Shown: positions 20,891 through 31,773, numbered from the stretch's first letter. The stretch is 64,000 bases of DNA from Candidatus Poribacteria bacterium (GCA_965214095.1 OZ243938.1:2176001-2240000), one strand, 5' to 3'. Numbers and translations are program-made. The notes: generated from the sequence alone by a model not told the origin.

Positions 20891-23449
20891 ATGATGGAAC
20901 TAAAAAACTACCAACGCAATGCACTTGACGCATTCACACATTGGTTAGAAACACTCGAAAAAACAAAGCAAGACCTACAAAACATGCTGGACATGATCCA
21001 ACAAACCCAAACCAATATACCCATTCCCGATCAACTTCGCAACTATCCCAGAACAACATGGCAAACCTTAAAAGCAAATTGTGAGATTCCACACCCCAAC
21101 ATTGAATACGTCGACAGAACAGATGAAGCAAACCGACCCATACCACACATCTGCTTCAAAGTGCCAACAGGTGGCGGTAAAACTTTAATCGCTGCATCCG
21201 CATTAGAACGCGTGCCTTGGCAACGCGGTTTAGTCCTATGGATTGTCCCTACAAAAGCAATTTATGCTCAGACCAAAGCAGCACTGTGGAATAAAGACCA
21301 CCCGTATCGCAAAATAATACAACGGGCAGCAGCAGGCAGAGTCAAAATGCTCGAAAAAGAGGACATATTCAACAGCGACGACATCGCCAATTATCTCTGT
21401 GTCATGCTCCTCATGCTCCCCGCAACAAATAGGCAACGCGGAAGAGAATTCCTACGCATGTTTCGGGATACAGGACGATACCCGACCTTTTTTCCCGACA
21501 GCGATAACGTTTTCGGTGATAGATACCTACTAAATCAACACACCGATCTAGAGTGCCATCCAGAAACCGAAGGCGGACACGTAAAACATAGTCTGTTCAA
21601 TGTCTTTAAAATCCTACGTCCCGTTGTCGTTTTAGATGAAGCACACAAGGCTTACGGCACCAGAAGTCTTGAAGCAAGACAAGAATTTGCACGATCCATA
21701 AATAGACTTGATCCACGAATGGTCATTGAACTTTCCGCAACCCCCAACAGTGGCATCAGTAACCTACTCGTTGACATCCACGGTACCGATCTCAAAAGAG
21801 AGGAGATGATAAAACTTCCCATACAGGTTACAGCATTTCAAAACGCTGAATGGCAATTGACATTGGGAGAAGCAGCGGATGAACTCATACGACTTGACGC
21901 TGAGGCAAGAGCCTTTCAAGCAAATACTGGTCGCTACATCCGACCCATAGCTGTCGTACGTGTAGAGCGAACAGGCAGAGACCAACGAGATACCGAACAT
22001 ATTCACGCGGAAGATGTGCGCGAATATCTCACGCAAACACTGCACGTCCCTGCTGAAGCTGTTCGTGTTAAATCCGCTGAAAACGACGAAATCCAAAACG
22101 AAGACCTACTCTCTGAATACTCACAAGTCCGTTGGATCATTACAAAATCCGCACTCATGGAAGGATGGGATTGTCCTTTCGCATACCTTTTAGTCATGTT
22201 GGACAATACACAAGCACAGAGAGCAATTACCCAACTCGTGGGACGTGTAATGCGACAACCCCATGCGCAACTTACTGGCATTGAACCCCTAGACCAATCC
22301 TATGTTTATTGTAATAACACTGAGGTTGGCACTGTTGTAGAACAAGTTAGAAATGGATTGGAAAAGGAAGGACTAACAGGATTAGTAGACGAAATCAGTG
22401 GAACATCAGGCACACAGCAAGAGATAGAGGCAATCCGTGAGGTAACTGTTGAACGCCGCTCACAGTTTCAAGGTGAGGAAATTTACCTGCCAATGGTCCT
22501 GCACAAAAAAGATGATGATTGGATCCAACTCAACTATCAGGCACATATCCTGCCGAATGTTAATTGGGCAGAAATTCCACCACCAGATCCGAATGCTTCC
22601 GCACCACAAACTCCACGTAGACAGACTGATTCGGTGGATGTGGAGGACACGCAATCAGGGAACTATCAAGAACAAGAACTGCACATTGAAAAGGTCGTTA
22701 GTATCTCTGATTTCGCACACCGACTATCAGATATTGTGCCAAACATGTGGCAAGCAGCCCGAATCGCTCAAGAGATGTACGACCATCTAATTGCTGGACA
22801 AACTGATGAAGACATCTTTGATAGACGTTCATACCTCGTTCATGTTCTACGTGAGCATGTCAAGAATGAAGTGGAAACCCAGACGGAACAGATATTCCAT
22901 AGAAAATTAGACCGCGGTCAAATCCGTTTTGACTTAGAAACACGCGAACCGAATTATAGGATAGTAGATAGTTATGAGATAGAAGTTCACTCAGATAGAC
23001 TACTAAATCGTAATTATCAACCTGTGCAACTCAGTCTATTTGAACCCATTTTTGACCAACAATTTGAAAACGACGACGAAAAGAAATTCGCATACTATCT
23101 GGATGAAGAACGTGCAATGCGTTGGTGGCATCGTGTTGCAGCACGACAACGCGGAGATTATTATGTGCAAGGTTGGAAACGCGGACGTATTTATCCCGAT
23201 TTCGTTGCTATGACACAAAATATCGGTGGTATCACACAAGTCTTAATATGTGATACAAAGGGTGAACACCTCAGTGGCAACCTTGACACCGAATACAAAC
23301 GAAAAGTATTAGAGACACTTGAGGGAGCATTCAACACCGCTGGCAGAATGATTGTAAATGACGGCGTACAAGCCCAAGGCATCTTTCAATTGGTTTTCAA
23401 CGAACAGGAGCGATTGGAAATATCCGCTCGGATCAACTCACCATCGTAG
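20891..23449 (+). CDS. res: Type III restriction endonuclease (Res, SF2 helicase plus PD-(D/E)xK)
   Basis: PTGGGKT Walker A, DEAH, ELSATP, EGWDCP, QLVGRVMR, C-terminal YPDF..DTKG. Confidence 0.93.
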   Translation: MMELKNYQRNALDAFTHWLETLEKTKQDLQNMLDMIQQTQTNIPIPDQLRNYPRTTWQTLKANCEIPHPNIEYVDRTDEANRPIPHICFKVPTGGGKTLIAASALERVPWQRGLVLWIVPTKAIYAQTKAALWNKDHPYRKIIQRAAAGRVKMLEKEDIFNSDDIANYLCVMLLMLPATNRQRGREFLRMFRDTGRYPTFFPDSDNVFGDRYLLNQHTDLECHPETEGGHVKHSLFNVFKILRPVVVLDEAHKAYGTRSLEARQEFARSINRLDPRMVIELSATPNSGISNLLVDIHGTDLKREEMIKLPIQVTAFQNAEWQLTLGEAADELIRLDAEARAFQANTGRYIRPIAVVRVERTGRDQRDTEHIHAEDVREYLTQTLHVPAEAVRVKSAENDEIQNEDLLSEYSQVRWIITKSALMEGWDCPFAYLLVMLDNTQAQRAITQLVGRVMRQPHAQLTGIEPLDQSYVYCNNTEVGTVVEQVRNGLEKEGLTGLVDEISGTSGTQQEIEAIREVTVERRSQFQGEEIYLPMVLHKKDDDWIQLNYQAHILPNVNWAEIPPPDPNASAPQTPRRQTDSVDVEDTQSGNYQEQELHIEKVVSISDFAHRLSDIVPNMWQAARIAQEMYDHLIAGQTDEDIFDRRSYLVHVLREHVKNEVETQTEQIFHRKLDRGQIRFDLETREPNYRIVDSYEIEVHSDRLLNRNYQPVQLSLFEPIFDQQFENDDEKKFAYYLDEERAMRWWHRVAARQRGDYYVQGWKRGRIYPDFVAMTQNIGGITQVLICDTKGEHLSGNLDTEYKRKVLETLEGAFNTAGRMIVNDGVQAQGIFQLVFNEQERLEISARINSPS

Positions 23450-23469
23450 CATCAATCCAAATAGCTACC

Positions 23470-23805
23470 ATATTGTAGGAGCGGTTTCCAACCGCGATTA
23501 CACACCATCACACCGTAGGCGCGCTTTATAAGCGCACTCTTTGTAGCATCAGTTTCCAACCCTAATTGTCTGAACCAGGATTTTCAGGATACAAGGATGA
23601 ACAGGATAAGAGACAAAAGGTATCAAAGTGCCATCCAAAAATAAACGTCAACCTATAAATAGGAACATCAAAGTCCCAAACTCCCAATCCTGAAAATCTA
23701 CTAATCCTGAAAATCTACTAATCCTGCAAATCCTGGTTCAGACATAACGGCACACGGAGTGTGCCTACTACTATGCATCGCAGTTCAAAACCGCTCCTAC
23801 AATAG
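23470..23805. repeat. Mosaic of REP hairpins plus a TGTCTGAACCAGG element (23567-23744) containing a 17-bp tandem repeat
   Basis: GTAGGAGCGGTTTCCAACCGCG, GTAGGCGCGCTTTATAAGCGCAC, AATCCTGAAAATCTACT x2 (23686-23719), GGCACACGGAGTGTGCCTACTAC. Confidence 0.8.
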
Positions 23806-23843
23806 ATAAGGCGCGGAGAAAGCGAAAACAGATATCCACGCAA

Positions 23844-24944
23844 CTACGGATTTATTTTTTTGATTAGATGATCAAAAGGACTCTCACCATACTTGCGTAT
23901 AAGGTTGCCTGAGGTGGCATCCCAAAGTTGAATGTGGTATGAACCGACCGTTCCAATGGTGTTAGCATCCGGACTGAATGCTAAACCATATCCCTGTGTG
24001 CGAAGTTTTAATATTTTACGTTTCTTAAGGGTGTTCGCATCCCATAGGTAGACCTCTCCGTAAACATTAATGCCGGCAAGTGTATTCCCATCCGGCGTGA
24101 ACTTCAAGGTATTGACCGATGGTGATCTATATTGGTTTGTTTGATTGAATGTGATGATCCGCTTGATGTGTTTCCCGGTGTCCACACGCCATGCGTGAAT
24201 AGCACCGATTGAATTGCCAGTAAACAGCCTTTTTCCATCCGGACTGAAGGTAACTGCTGTGACATTCGGTGTATGTGCTTTAATCACACCCCGTTGATCG
24301 AATGTTTGTATTTTACGTCCAGTGTGTGCATCCCACAGATTTGCACTTCCCCAACTACCGGATGCGATCATGTTCCCATCCGGACTAAACATAACGCTGT
24401 AGACCACCCCTAAACTCCCTTTTATTGTCAGAAGGTGCTTGCCAGACTGCACATCCCACACGCGGATTGTCTTGTCCTGACTCCCGCTTACTATTCGTTT
24501 GCCATCTGGACTGAATGCGATGCTGTTGATAAAACCTTGATGTCCCAATAGAACGCCCGCTTCACCTAACCGATCCCGTATACCAATGCCGTTATCAATA
24601 TCCCCGGCATCCCATAGTCGCACAATGGAACGAAAACTCCCCGTAACAATTGTTTTGCTATCAGGACTAAACGCAAAGCAGCGAACAGACTTCGGATGTG
24701 CGAAGTTCTCAAGTTCATTCCCATTCTGTGCATCGTATAATTTGAAACCTCCTCTAAATCCGAACAAAGCTGCGAAAATCTTACCATCAGGAGAAAACTT
24801 GATGCCATCCATTGTGCTCATATATCCACCCGGTCTGGTCTTGACAGGTAAATGTCCTTGCGGTATCCTTTGGGCGAACAGTGTTGTTGTGCCTGCTAAT
24901 GCTATGATGAGTGTAATACATATCAAAGTCAATTTGGTTTTCAT
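23844..24944 (-). CDS. Secreted WD40 repeat protein
   Basis: Start reassigned to MKTKLTLI (RBS GGAGA); repeats GHxxxINSIAFSPDGKRIVSGSQDKTIRVWD. Confidence 0.92.
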   Translation of the reverse strand: MKTKLTLICITLIIALAGTTTLFAQRIPQGHLPVKTRPGGYMSTMDGIKFSPDGKIFAALFGFRGGFKLYDAQNGNELENFAHPKSVRCFAFSPDSKTIVTGSFRSIVRLWDAGDIDNGIGIRDRLGEAGVLLGHQGFINSIAFSPDGKRIVSGSQDKTIRVWDVQSGKHLLTIKGSLGVVYSVMFSPDGNMIASGSWGSANLWDAHTGRKIQTFDQRGVIKAHTPNVTAVTFSPDGKRLFTGNSIGAIHAWRVDTGKHIKRIITFNQTNQYRSPSVNTLKFTPDGNTLAGINVYGEVYLWDANTLKKRKILKLRTQGYGLAFSPDANTIGTVGSYHIQLWDATSGNLIRKYGESPFDHLIKKINP

Positions 24945-25004
24945 GTGTTTATTCTCCAGTGTGGGGTTGTTAGAATATCTATTATAACATATTCTTGGAT
25001 TTTG

Positions 25005-25460
25005 TTGTAGGAGCGGTTTTCTTCTCTTGCTGGAGCGGCTTTCAACCACGATTATCCACTTCTCACATTCATAGGCGAGGTTTCCAACCTCGCTCTTACA
25101 TTATTGGAGCCGTTCCTCCTCTTATTAAAGCACTTTTCAACCGCAATGCAAAGTAGTAGGCACACGCCGTGTGCCGTTCCTTCTCTTGTTGGAGTGGTTT
25201 TCAACCACGATTACCATCCCCGATTGTAGGGCGGGGTCTCCGTGCCCCGACAGGCTGCCATTGTTGGAGTGGTTTCCCAACCCCAAGAAAAATCCCTCGT
25301 AGTCGCGCAATTCATTGCGCCTCTTCCATTCTCCAGCAAATCCTGGTTCAGAGATAACGGCACACGGAGTGTGCCTACTACTATGCATCTCAGTTTTCAA
25401 CCGCTCCAACAATGTGTGTGTGGAGTCCGTTTCTTATCCAGCAAAACCTGGTTCAGACAG
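25005..25460. repeat. Dense BIME-like REP mosaic (about 10 hairpins of several families)
   Basis: Successive GTAG/GTTG-led palindromes, e.g. GGAGCGGTTTTC, GCGAGGTTTCCAACCTCGC, GGCACAC x2, CGGGGTCTCCGTGCCCCG, GCGCAATTCATTGCGC. Confidence 0.8.
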
Positions 25461-25472
25461 ATGCAAACTCAC

Positions 25473-26375
25473 CTAACTCCTATGCTTCAAAGCACCCCAC
25501 ACCGTTGGCAATTTCTGAGCAGCTTCTACAGCCAAACCGATACCTGATTTATAATTGCGAAACACTTCTTCCTCAGTCAACGCACGATCATATATCCGCA
25601 CATCATCAAAAATACCATTAAAAAACGCCGATGCCTTCCCCTCATTATTCACAGCACCCAGAAAGAAAGGTTCAACAACTGCCTCAATATTTTCTCTTGA
25701 GTGACAAGTGCGTGTTTTGTAAAATACATTGCCGTCGATATAAACTGTATCTATATAGCAGCCTCTCCCCGCATCCTCTATAAAATCTTCATCGTCTTCT
25801 TCAGTAATAGGTCTTGTTGTATACACTATCTGATGCCACTCACCATCAGATAGAGGAACCACACTGCCAGAGGTACTTTGACTACAAGCGGCATCGTCTA
25901 TATGAAAACGTTCAATCGTAATCCAATCTTGTGCTGTCTGAGGGTCCTCATCAAGACCGACATCAAACTTAGCATTGATAAGGATGCCATTGCCACCGTG
26001 CCAATCAAAACAACCGTGCAGAACCACTCTATAAATTGCACTCCATTCATTCGTATATGTTGTATTTATCCAGGCTTCAAATGTATATGGACCGAGTTGA
26101 CTTCCAAAATTACCAACGTTCGGCAGAATTACATACTCACCATTTCCATCTAATTCAAGTCCTCCTCTAACGTATCCATCAACTTTTTTCGGTGTTCCGA
26201 CAGTTGTTGCATCATTTTCTCCCCAGACATCTTCGGCACTGTTCCCCCGAATTGTTTCCTGATCAAAAGTCCAATAACTCACCAATCCATCTGTTACGAT
26301 AGTCTCAGCGAATGTGTTGATAGTGACCATTAGACCGACGATTGTGATTGTTAATAGCAAGTTAAGATTCTTCAT
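25473..26375 (-). CDS. Secreted LamG/concanavalin-like domain protein
   Basis: Start MKNLNL (RBS AAGGAG); GLVSYWTFD, TFEAWI, DGEWHQIV, FNGIFDDVRIYDRALTEEEV; C-terminal KLPTVWGALK. Confidence 0.9.
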   Translation of the reverse strand: MKNLNLLLTITIVGLMVTINTFAETIVTDGLVSYWTFDQETIRGNSAEDVWGENDATTVGTPKKVDGYVRGGLELDGNGEYVILPNVGNFGSQLGPYTFEAWINTTYTNEWSAIYRVVLHGCFDWHGGNGILINAKFDVGLDEDPQTAQDWITIERFHIDDAACSQSTSGSVVPLSDGEWHQIVYTTRPITEEDDEDFIEDAGRGCYIDTVYIDGNVFYKTRTCHSRENIEAVVEPFFLGAVNNEGKASAFFNGIFDDVRIYDRALTEEEVFRNYKSGIGLAVEAAQKLPTVWGALKHRS

Positions 26376-26564
26376 GATTTTTCTCCTTGTTTGATTTTGC
26401 AGGATGAGAGTATGACTGAGATTATAGCCAACAACCCGCTGCACATGTATGTGCGAATTGCAGGGGCTTATTTAACCTGCCTCAATGAATAATTAGATTC
26501 AACGATAAATTAGTTTCTGAAGTTTACCTATCCATCCTGATTCAGATAGAAAGGCGTGACACAG

Positions 26565-26765
26565 AGACCGCGATTACCATCCCGATTGTAGGTCGGGGTC
26601 TCCGTGCCCCGACAGGTCTGAGAATTGAGGTAACGGGCGGGCACAGAGACCCGCCCCTACAATAGAGGGTGTGTGGAAATCGCGGTTCAAAACCGATCCA
26701 ACAAGAGAACGGCACACGGAGTGTGCCTACTACTATGCATCGCACTTCAAAACCGCTCCAACAAA
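26565..26765. repeat. REP mosaic between divergent genes
   Basis: GATTACCATCCCGATTGTAGG.CGGGGTCTCCGTGCCCCGACAGG shared with about 25209-25255; GGGCGGGCACAGAGACCCGCCCCTAC; GGCACACGGAGTGTGCCTACTAC. Confidence 0.8.
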
Positions 26766-26767
26766 CC

Positions 26768-26796
26768 TTGGATACCCACAAAAAACATGTTATAAT
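26768..26796 (+). promoter_or_regulatory. Sigma70 promoter with extended -10, probably leaderless transcript
   Basis: TTGGAT, 17 nt, TATAAT preceded by TG; ATG 6 nt downstream and no SD. Confidence 0.6.
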
Positions 26797-26802
26797 ATGC
26801 AA

Positions 26803-28671
26803 ATGACACACAGAATAATCACAATCATCACAGCACTGCTGCTAACAATCACACACATCAGCATCGCACAAGTACGGACACTTCCACCCTTTGAACGAGT
26901 GAAAGGTGCAATCGCACGGCTCGGAAAAGGAGAACTCAAACGCGTCCAGTATTCACCAGATGGCACGCAGCTTGCAGTCGGAAGTTCCATCGGCACGTGG
27001 ATATACGATACAACCACTTGGCAACCCAGCCACCTCCTCACAATAAGAGATAGGGGTGTATCACACTTTGCCTATCATCCAGAGAAAAACATAATCGTAA
27101 CGAATGATAGTGATGGCACCCTAAATCTGTGGGATACGGAAACAGGCAAAATGGAACGAGAATTGTCCTCTGCAGCTACCACACGAAGTGTCGTCTTCAA
27201 TCCGAATGGAAACACACTGGCAATAGTTGTATATGCTTTGAGAATCGGTGTATTGGACACGGAAAAGAAGGAAGATGCACGTTACTTCAGTAAACCATCG
27301 GGTCATGCAAATCATATAAATTGTCTTGCTTTCAATCCGAATGGATATATGCTCGCCGCTGGAGAGGAATCGGGAAAGATCGCACTCTGGGACACGGTGA
27401 ATCGTAAACATATACTGGACCTGGGTAAGAAGCGGTCTGCGGTTACATCTGCTGTATTCAACAACGATGGCAGCATCCTCGCTACTGTGAACAAATCAGA
27501 CAGTGCTGTCCGCCTATGGGATATGAATACAATACAACAGATACAGACACTAAAGCCAAAAGAGAACGCGAGGCGTATCAATCACATTGCATACAGTGCG
27601 GATGGCGGTCTATTAGCCGCTGCGTGCATCAACGGGGCTATCCATTTGTGGGATGTGAATACATATCAACATATCAAAACACTCACACACAAGGGTGTGC
27701 GGTCTGTTTCGTTCAGTCCCGACCTACGCACACTCGCCAGTTCAGGCTCCGACGGCACCGTCCGTGTATGGAACATCTTCACAGGTGAAAACACACAGAC
27801 GATTGAGGGTTTTTATGGGAAATACCTCTGTTTTGCCGTGAGTCCCGATGGTAAAACAATCGCATGCCAAGGAAATAATAAGACCATCTATCTATTCGAC
27901 GCCGCAACCGGGGCATTACAGAAGACAGTCAGTAGACCGGAACATAGAACTGCAATAAAACTCGCCTACAGTCCTGACGGTAAAACATTCGCTGCAGCAG
28001 ACACTGATGACACAATATCACTATTTGATGCGGATACAGGTAAGGAGAAAAAGAGAATAGAAACAGATATCGGGAAAGTTAAGTGTGTTGCCTTTAGTCC
28101 CGATGGCAACACCGTCGTCAGTGGGAGTGCGGATAATAATGTCCGTTTATGGAACGCCAACACAGGTGAACTCAAACACACGCTAAAGGGACATAAAGAT
28201 AGTGTGATCACTATCGCCTTTAGTCCGGATGGAAACACCCTCGCCAGTGGTAGTATGGATAAGACTGTCCGCTTATGGGATGTCAACACGGTTGAGATAA
28301 AGACTGAGATCAGAAAACACGGTGCTCGTATCTCAGACCTTGCCTTCAGTCCTGATAGCAAAACACTCACATCTGTGGCATATAATCAGAACATCTATCT
28401 ATGGGATGTTGCAACGGGGAAACGGAACCTCGTTCTCAAGAAGACTCCTTCAAAGACACTCAGTGTTGTCTTCAGTCCGGATAGCAAGTTTCTGGCATTT
28501 GGTAGTACAATATATGGTGTTCTCATCTACGATGTCCGCGCAAAAAAGATAGTTCACAATTATACTGTGAGTTATCTATGGGTTGAACGTGTTGCATTTG
28601 CATCGGGTGGAAATACGCTTGTCAGTCGAGCACATGGTATGGTATATCTGTGGGATGTATCCACTTTTTGA
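26803..28671 (+). CDS. Secreted WD40 repeat protein (about 14 blades, double propeller)
   Basis: Signal peptide MTHRIITIITALLLTITHISIA; ARLGKG start motif; many AFSPDGxTLASGSxDxTVRLWD repeats. The ORF-track start (26671) lies in REP DNA. Confidence 0.92.
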   Translation: MTHRIITIITALLLTITHISIAQVRTLPPFERVKGAIARLGKGELKRVQYSPDGTQLAVGSSIGTWIYDTTTWQPSHLLTIRDRGVSHFAYHPEKNIIVTNDSDGTLNLWDTETGKMERELSSAATTRSVVFNPNGNTLAIVVYALRIGVLDTEKKEDARYFSKPSGHANHINCLAFNPNGYMLAAGEESGKIALWDTVNRKHILDLGKKRSAVTSAVFNNDGSILATVNKSDSAVRLWDMNTIQQIQTLKPKENARRINHIAYSADGGLLAAACINGAIHLWDVNTYQHIKTLTHKGVRSVSFSPDLRTLASSGSDGTVRVWNIFTGENTQTIEGFYGKYLCFAVSPDGKTIACQGNNKTIYLFDAATGALQKTVSRPEHRTAIKLAYSPDGKTFAAADTDDTISLFDADTGKEKKRIETDIGKVKCVAFSPDGNTVVSGSADNNVRLWNANTGELKHTLKGHKDSVITIAFSPDGNTLASGSMDKTVRLWDVNTVEIKTEIRKHGARISDLAFSPDSKTLTSVAYNQNIYLWDVATGKRNLVLKKTPSKTLSVVFSPDSKFLAFGSTIYGVLIYDVRAKKIVHNYTVSYLWVERVAFASGGNTLVSRAHGMVYLWDVSTF

Positions 28672-28713
28672 AATGTATCTATGGTAAATGTATAACAAAA
28701 TACGTTAAAATAA

Positions 28714-28806
28714 CCTAAGTTGCCACCTTTGTAGCATAATCTGCCAGATTGTGCCTGATTGAAAACGGTGTTTGCATGCCTAAAAGTTTGTAGGTAGCAA
28801 CTTGAG
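28714..28806. mobile_element. 93-bp MITE with 15-bp imperfect TIRs and 9-bp target duplication, carrying a REP
   Basis: CCTAAGTTGCCACCT / AGGTAGCAACTTGAG flanked by TTAAAATAA (28705-28713 and 28807-28815); internal GTAGCATAATCTGCCAGATTGTGC. Confidence 0.75.
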
Positions 28807-28868
28807 TTAAAATAACAAACAAGAGGACAGACATGAAATATCTAACGTCAACACTGACATACACAATT

Positions 28869-28946
28869 GTAGGTCGGGTAGAGGCACGAAACCCGACATG
28901 AACCCATTTATCATCAATAAAATCGGGTTTCGTTCCTCTACCCGAC
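28869..28946. repeat. REP doublet (REPIN-like inverted pair)
   Basis: GTAGGTCGGGTAGAGGCACGAAACCCGAC ... TCGGGTTTCGTTCCTCTACCCGAC. Confidence 0.75.
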
Positions 28947-29100
28947 GGACAATGTCCGAATGGACACTCCACTAGAGTTGGATGATTATACAACCCCAAT
29001 ATATAAAAATTACCCATTTACAATTCATCTTGCCAAATATACATTTTCCATTGTATACTATTTGCAAACAAAAATAATCTTTTGAAGGAGAATTTATAAA

Positions 29101-29985
29101 ATGAAAACCTCTTTTTCAATCTTCAGTAGCATAACATTATTGATATTATGTTTGTTTTTTCCTCTAACTGGCTCAACACAACAGCAACCCAATGAGAATT
29201 CAATAATAAAAGATATTTCGTTAACGCATATTGATGGGAACACGACACTAAACTTAGATCTTTCTAAGCATTTAGGTCTAACCAATACTGAATTAAAAAA
29301 ACTTGCTGATAGTTTATCTATAGGCGTGTTAGAGAAAACACCTGACACGGCTAAAGGTGTAACCATTGAGATGTTGAAACCTATAGAGTCGACCTTTCAT
29401 CCAAACGCGCTTGTGCTTCGTGAAATCATAACATATCCCGCAAAAGTCATGGGTGTCCTATATGAATCTAGAAAGGAAAAATGGTTAAATAGCAAAGATT
29501 TATCGGAAAAATTAGTAGAAGAGTTTGATAAGGTTAAAACTCCGTTTCAATCAGAGATAATCTCACCCCAAAATACTATCTTGATAAAAATATACAACAC
29601 CACCAAAAGCCGCATCAATCTAAAAAATTGGAAAATTCGTTTTACTTACGGCACGATGCCTGATGACAATACTGAACGCGTAATTGATAGGATGAGTAAT
29701 GTGATTGTTGGGGAGTGGAAACCAGCAAAATCACCCAAACCTGTAGAACCGCTATATGAATCCTATGGTGTTACATTATCACGCAAGATTGATTTTGAAC
29801 TTCTCAATGATACAACAAAAACGCAGAATGAGCAATTGTCTGCTATTTCAGATGGAACACGTAAAATAGGTTGGGAAATCAAGAAATCACCTAATTTATC
29901 TTCATGGGTTGAAATCCAAGACCTCACTGGACAATTGAAACACATGAAAGATCCGTTAATACTTGTCATTCCAAATAAAAAGTGA
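29101..29985 (+). CDS. Hypothetical secreted protein
   Basis: Signal peptide, RBS AAGGAG; segment IKIYNTTKSRINLKNWKI weakly resembles lamin-tail domains. Confidence 0.7.
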   Translation: MKTSFSIFSSITLLILCLFFPLTGSTQQQPNENSIIKDISLTHIDGNTTLNLDLSKHLGLTNTELKKLADSLSIGVLEKTPDTAKGVTIEMLKPIESTFHPNALVLREIITYPAKVMGVLYESRKEKWLNSKDLSEKLVEEFDKVKTPFQSEIISPQNTILIKIYNTTKSRINLKNWKIRFTYGTMPDDNTERVIDRMSNVIVGEWKPAKSPKPVEPLYESYGVTLSRKIDFELLNDTTKTQNEQLSAISDGTRKIGWEIKKSPNLSSWVEIQDLTGQLKHMKDPLILVIPNKK

Positions 29986-30099
29986 ATATTGAAGATTTAC
30001 CAAAGGTTGATACGCGAGTCATCATTAAACCTCGCAAACAAGGCGACGAGAACCAGTTACCAACAGATGACAGGTAAAAATTCAAAAGGAGAGATTGAC

Positions 30100-30600
30100 T
30101 TGTTTCGCTTACAATTGAGAATTCGAGTAGTCATAATTATCTGTATCTGTACTCTCACGCTACTTGCATGCGGGACAGGAGAAATCCAGAACTTTGAAGG
30201 TATCAGCATTCTAACTGAACCACGTGTGAATCGGATAAACGTCACAATCCTTCTGACTGATCAAAATGGGATCCCACTTATTTGGAACCAAAGCATTCTC
30301 AGTCCAGGTGTCGGCGTAAGCACCATTTCTGATGCAGATTTTACCACAAATGCAAAAGTCTACTCCATGCTTAACGGTAAGATTCATCAGAAGGTTTATG
30401 ACGGTAGACTTATTGATGTGCGATGGGCACAGGAAGCGAATAACTTGGATAGGATGCTAAAGGCACAAATCCCACACAGGCTGATTGAAGAAGACCCCGA
30501 ACGCGATACATACATAGGGGTTGTCACTGTAGAAATAAAGACCGATAAACAAGGACCTTTTTCGGATACCGATGAAGAGGCAATTATTTATTCGAGGTAA
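30100..30600 (+). CDS. Hypothetical lipoprotein
   Basis: TTG start after AAGGAGAG; lipobox LLA-C. Confidence 0.7.
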   Translation: MFRLQLRIRVVIIICICTLTLLACGTGEIQNFEGISILTEPRVNRINVTILLTDQNGIPLIWNQSILSPGVGVSTISDADFTTNAKVYSMLNGKIHQKVYDGRLIDVRWAQEANNLDRMLKAQIPHRLIEEDPERDTYIGVVTVEIKTDKQGPFSDTDEEAIIYSR

Positions 30601-30602
30601 CG

Positions 30603-31460
30603 ATGCCAATCCACACACAAAACTATAGACATTGGGAAGGCACGTTGAATTCTCAAAACCGTGCACGGTGGTGGGTTATTGCCAAAGCAGAATTGAAAAT
30701 ACTCGCTAAACGAAAAATCGTCCGACTAATAGTCGCAATTCCTCCTGTAATCTACTTCTTAGCACACGCAATTCTTATCTACCTTGGAAATCTATTTGAA
30801 AATATAACTTTGCCGTTTGAAATTGATCCGGGATTTTTTCAGAGTTATCTCTTTAGAATGCCTGCCCTATCAGGGTTTCTTGTTGCACTTATATCCATAT
30901 TTGGCGGTGCGGGGTTAATCGCAGATGATCTAAGAAGCAATGCACTTTCACTTTATCTATCCAAACCCATTACATGGTATGACTATCTTATCGGGAAATT
31001 CATTGTAGTCGGAACATTACTTGTCTGTTTGACGTTGATACCAGGTCTATTACTATTCTTGGAACACACCTTGTTAGCAGACTTTACGTTTTTTAAAGAA
31101 CATTATTGGGCAATCTTCTCTATAATAACCTATTCAGTAATAATTACTGTCATCACGAGTCTATTGATGTTGTTTTTCTCATCACTGACGACCAATTCCC
31201 GCTACGCTACAATTGGCTTTTGTGCTGTTTGGTTTGGGTTGCCAGTGATTGCGCTTATATTAAAAGAGGCGTTTTCAATGAGTACAGTCTCTATTGTCTC
31301 AATTTGGGCAAATTATGACATACTTGGAAGTGTGCTCTTTGGCGAGTCTCCCGACTTTGATATACACTGGAGTTGGACAATTCTCGTCCTATCTGCATTG
31401 ACTGCTGTCTGTCTCTTCGTTCTCCGTCTACGAATACGTGCAGTCCAAATCGTAAAATAG
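30603..31460 (+). CDS. ABC-2 type transporter permease
   Basis: Six TM segments; IADDLRSNALSLYLSKPITWYDYLIGK motif. Confidence 0.88.
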   Translation: MPIHTQNYRHWEGTLNSQNRARWWVIAKAELKILAKRKIVRLIVAIPPVIYFLAHAILIYLGNLFENITLPFEIDPGFFQSYLFRMPALSGFLVALISIFGGAGLIADDLRSNALSLYLSKPITWYDYLIGKFIVVGTLLVCLTLIPGLLLFLEHTLLADFTFFKEHYWAIFSIITYSVIITVITSLLMLFFSSLTTNSRYATIGFCAVWFGLPVIALILKEAFSMSTVSIVSIWANYDILGSVLFGESPDFDIHWSWTILVLSALTAVCLFVLRLRIRAVQIVK

Positions 31461-31539
31461 ACACCAACATAAGTATATTATTGTTGGAGTGGTTTCTAAC
31501 CACGATATTATACCATTTCTATAGTAGGCATTAGAATTA

Positions 31540-31603
31540 ATCGGACACTTTGCACCAGCGAGGTTAGGAAACCTCGTCTACTATGGGTGGAAAGTGTCCG
31601 ATT
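31540..31603. repeat. Inverted-repeat-bounded element with internal REP
   Basis: AATCGGACACTTT ... AAAGTGTCCGATT around GCGAGGTTAGGAAACCTCGTCTAC. Confidence 0.65.
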
Positions 31604-31773
31604 ATTTTTAGGTTTCACCATAAATAAAACTTCTCATTACCGAAACAGGTGTTCGTAGTCGCGCAATTCATTGCGCCTCTCACATTCACTAAGCGCAATT
31701 CACACGCCTCTTACATGTGTCCATAAATATTTATACAAACTCCCAAAGGTGATTTTCTTAACCAGAATTGACA

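Noticed and set aside
25137-25621. ORFs 25137..25412, 25242..25547 and similar ones (15840..16199, 17147..17476, 26542..26811, 28715..29017)
   Set aside because: They are translations of REP/MITE DNA (recurring RHTECAYY, VVAQFIAP, NPENPGSD peptides) without RBS or domain signal.
23470-26765. Possible CRISPR array
   Set aside because: The repeats belong to several families, in mixed orientation with irregular spacing; no cas genes are present.
30005-30095. Possible riboswitch between the 29101 and 30100 genes
   Set aside because: Only short weak pairings and no recognisable aptamer consensus.
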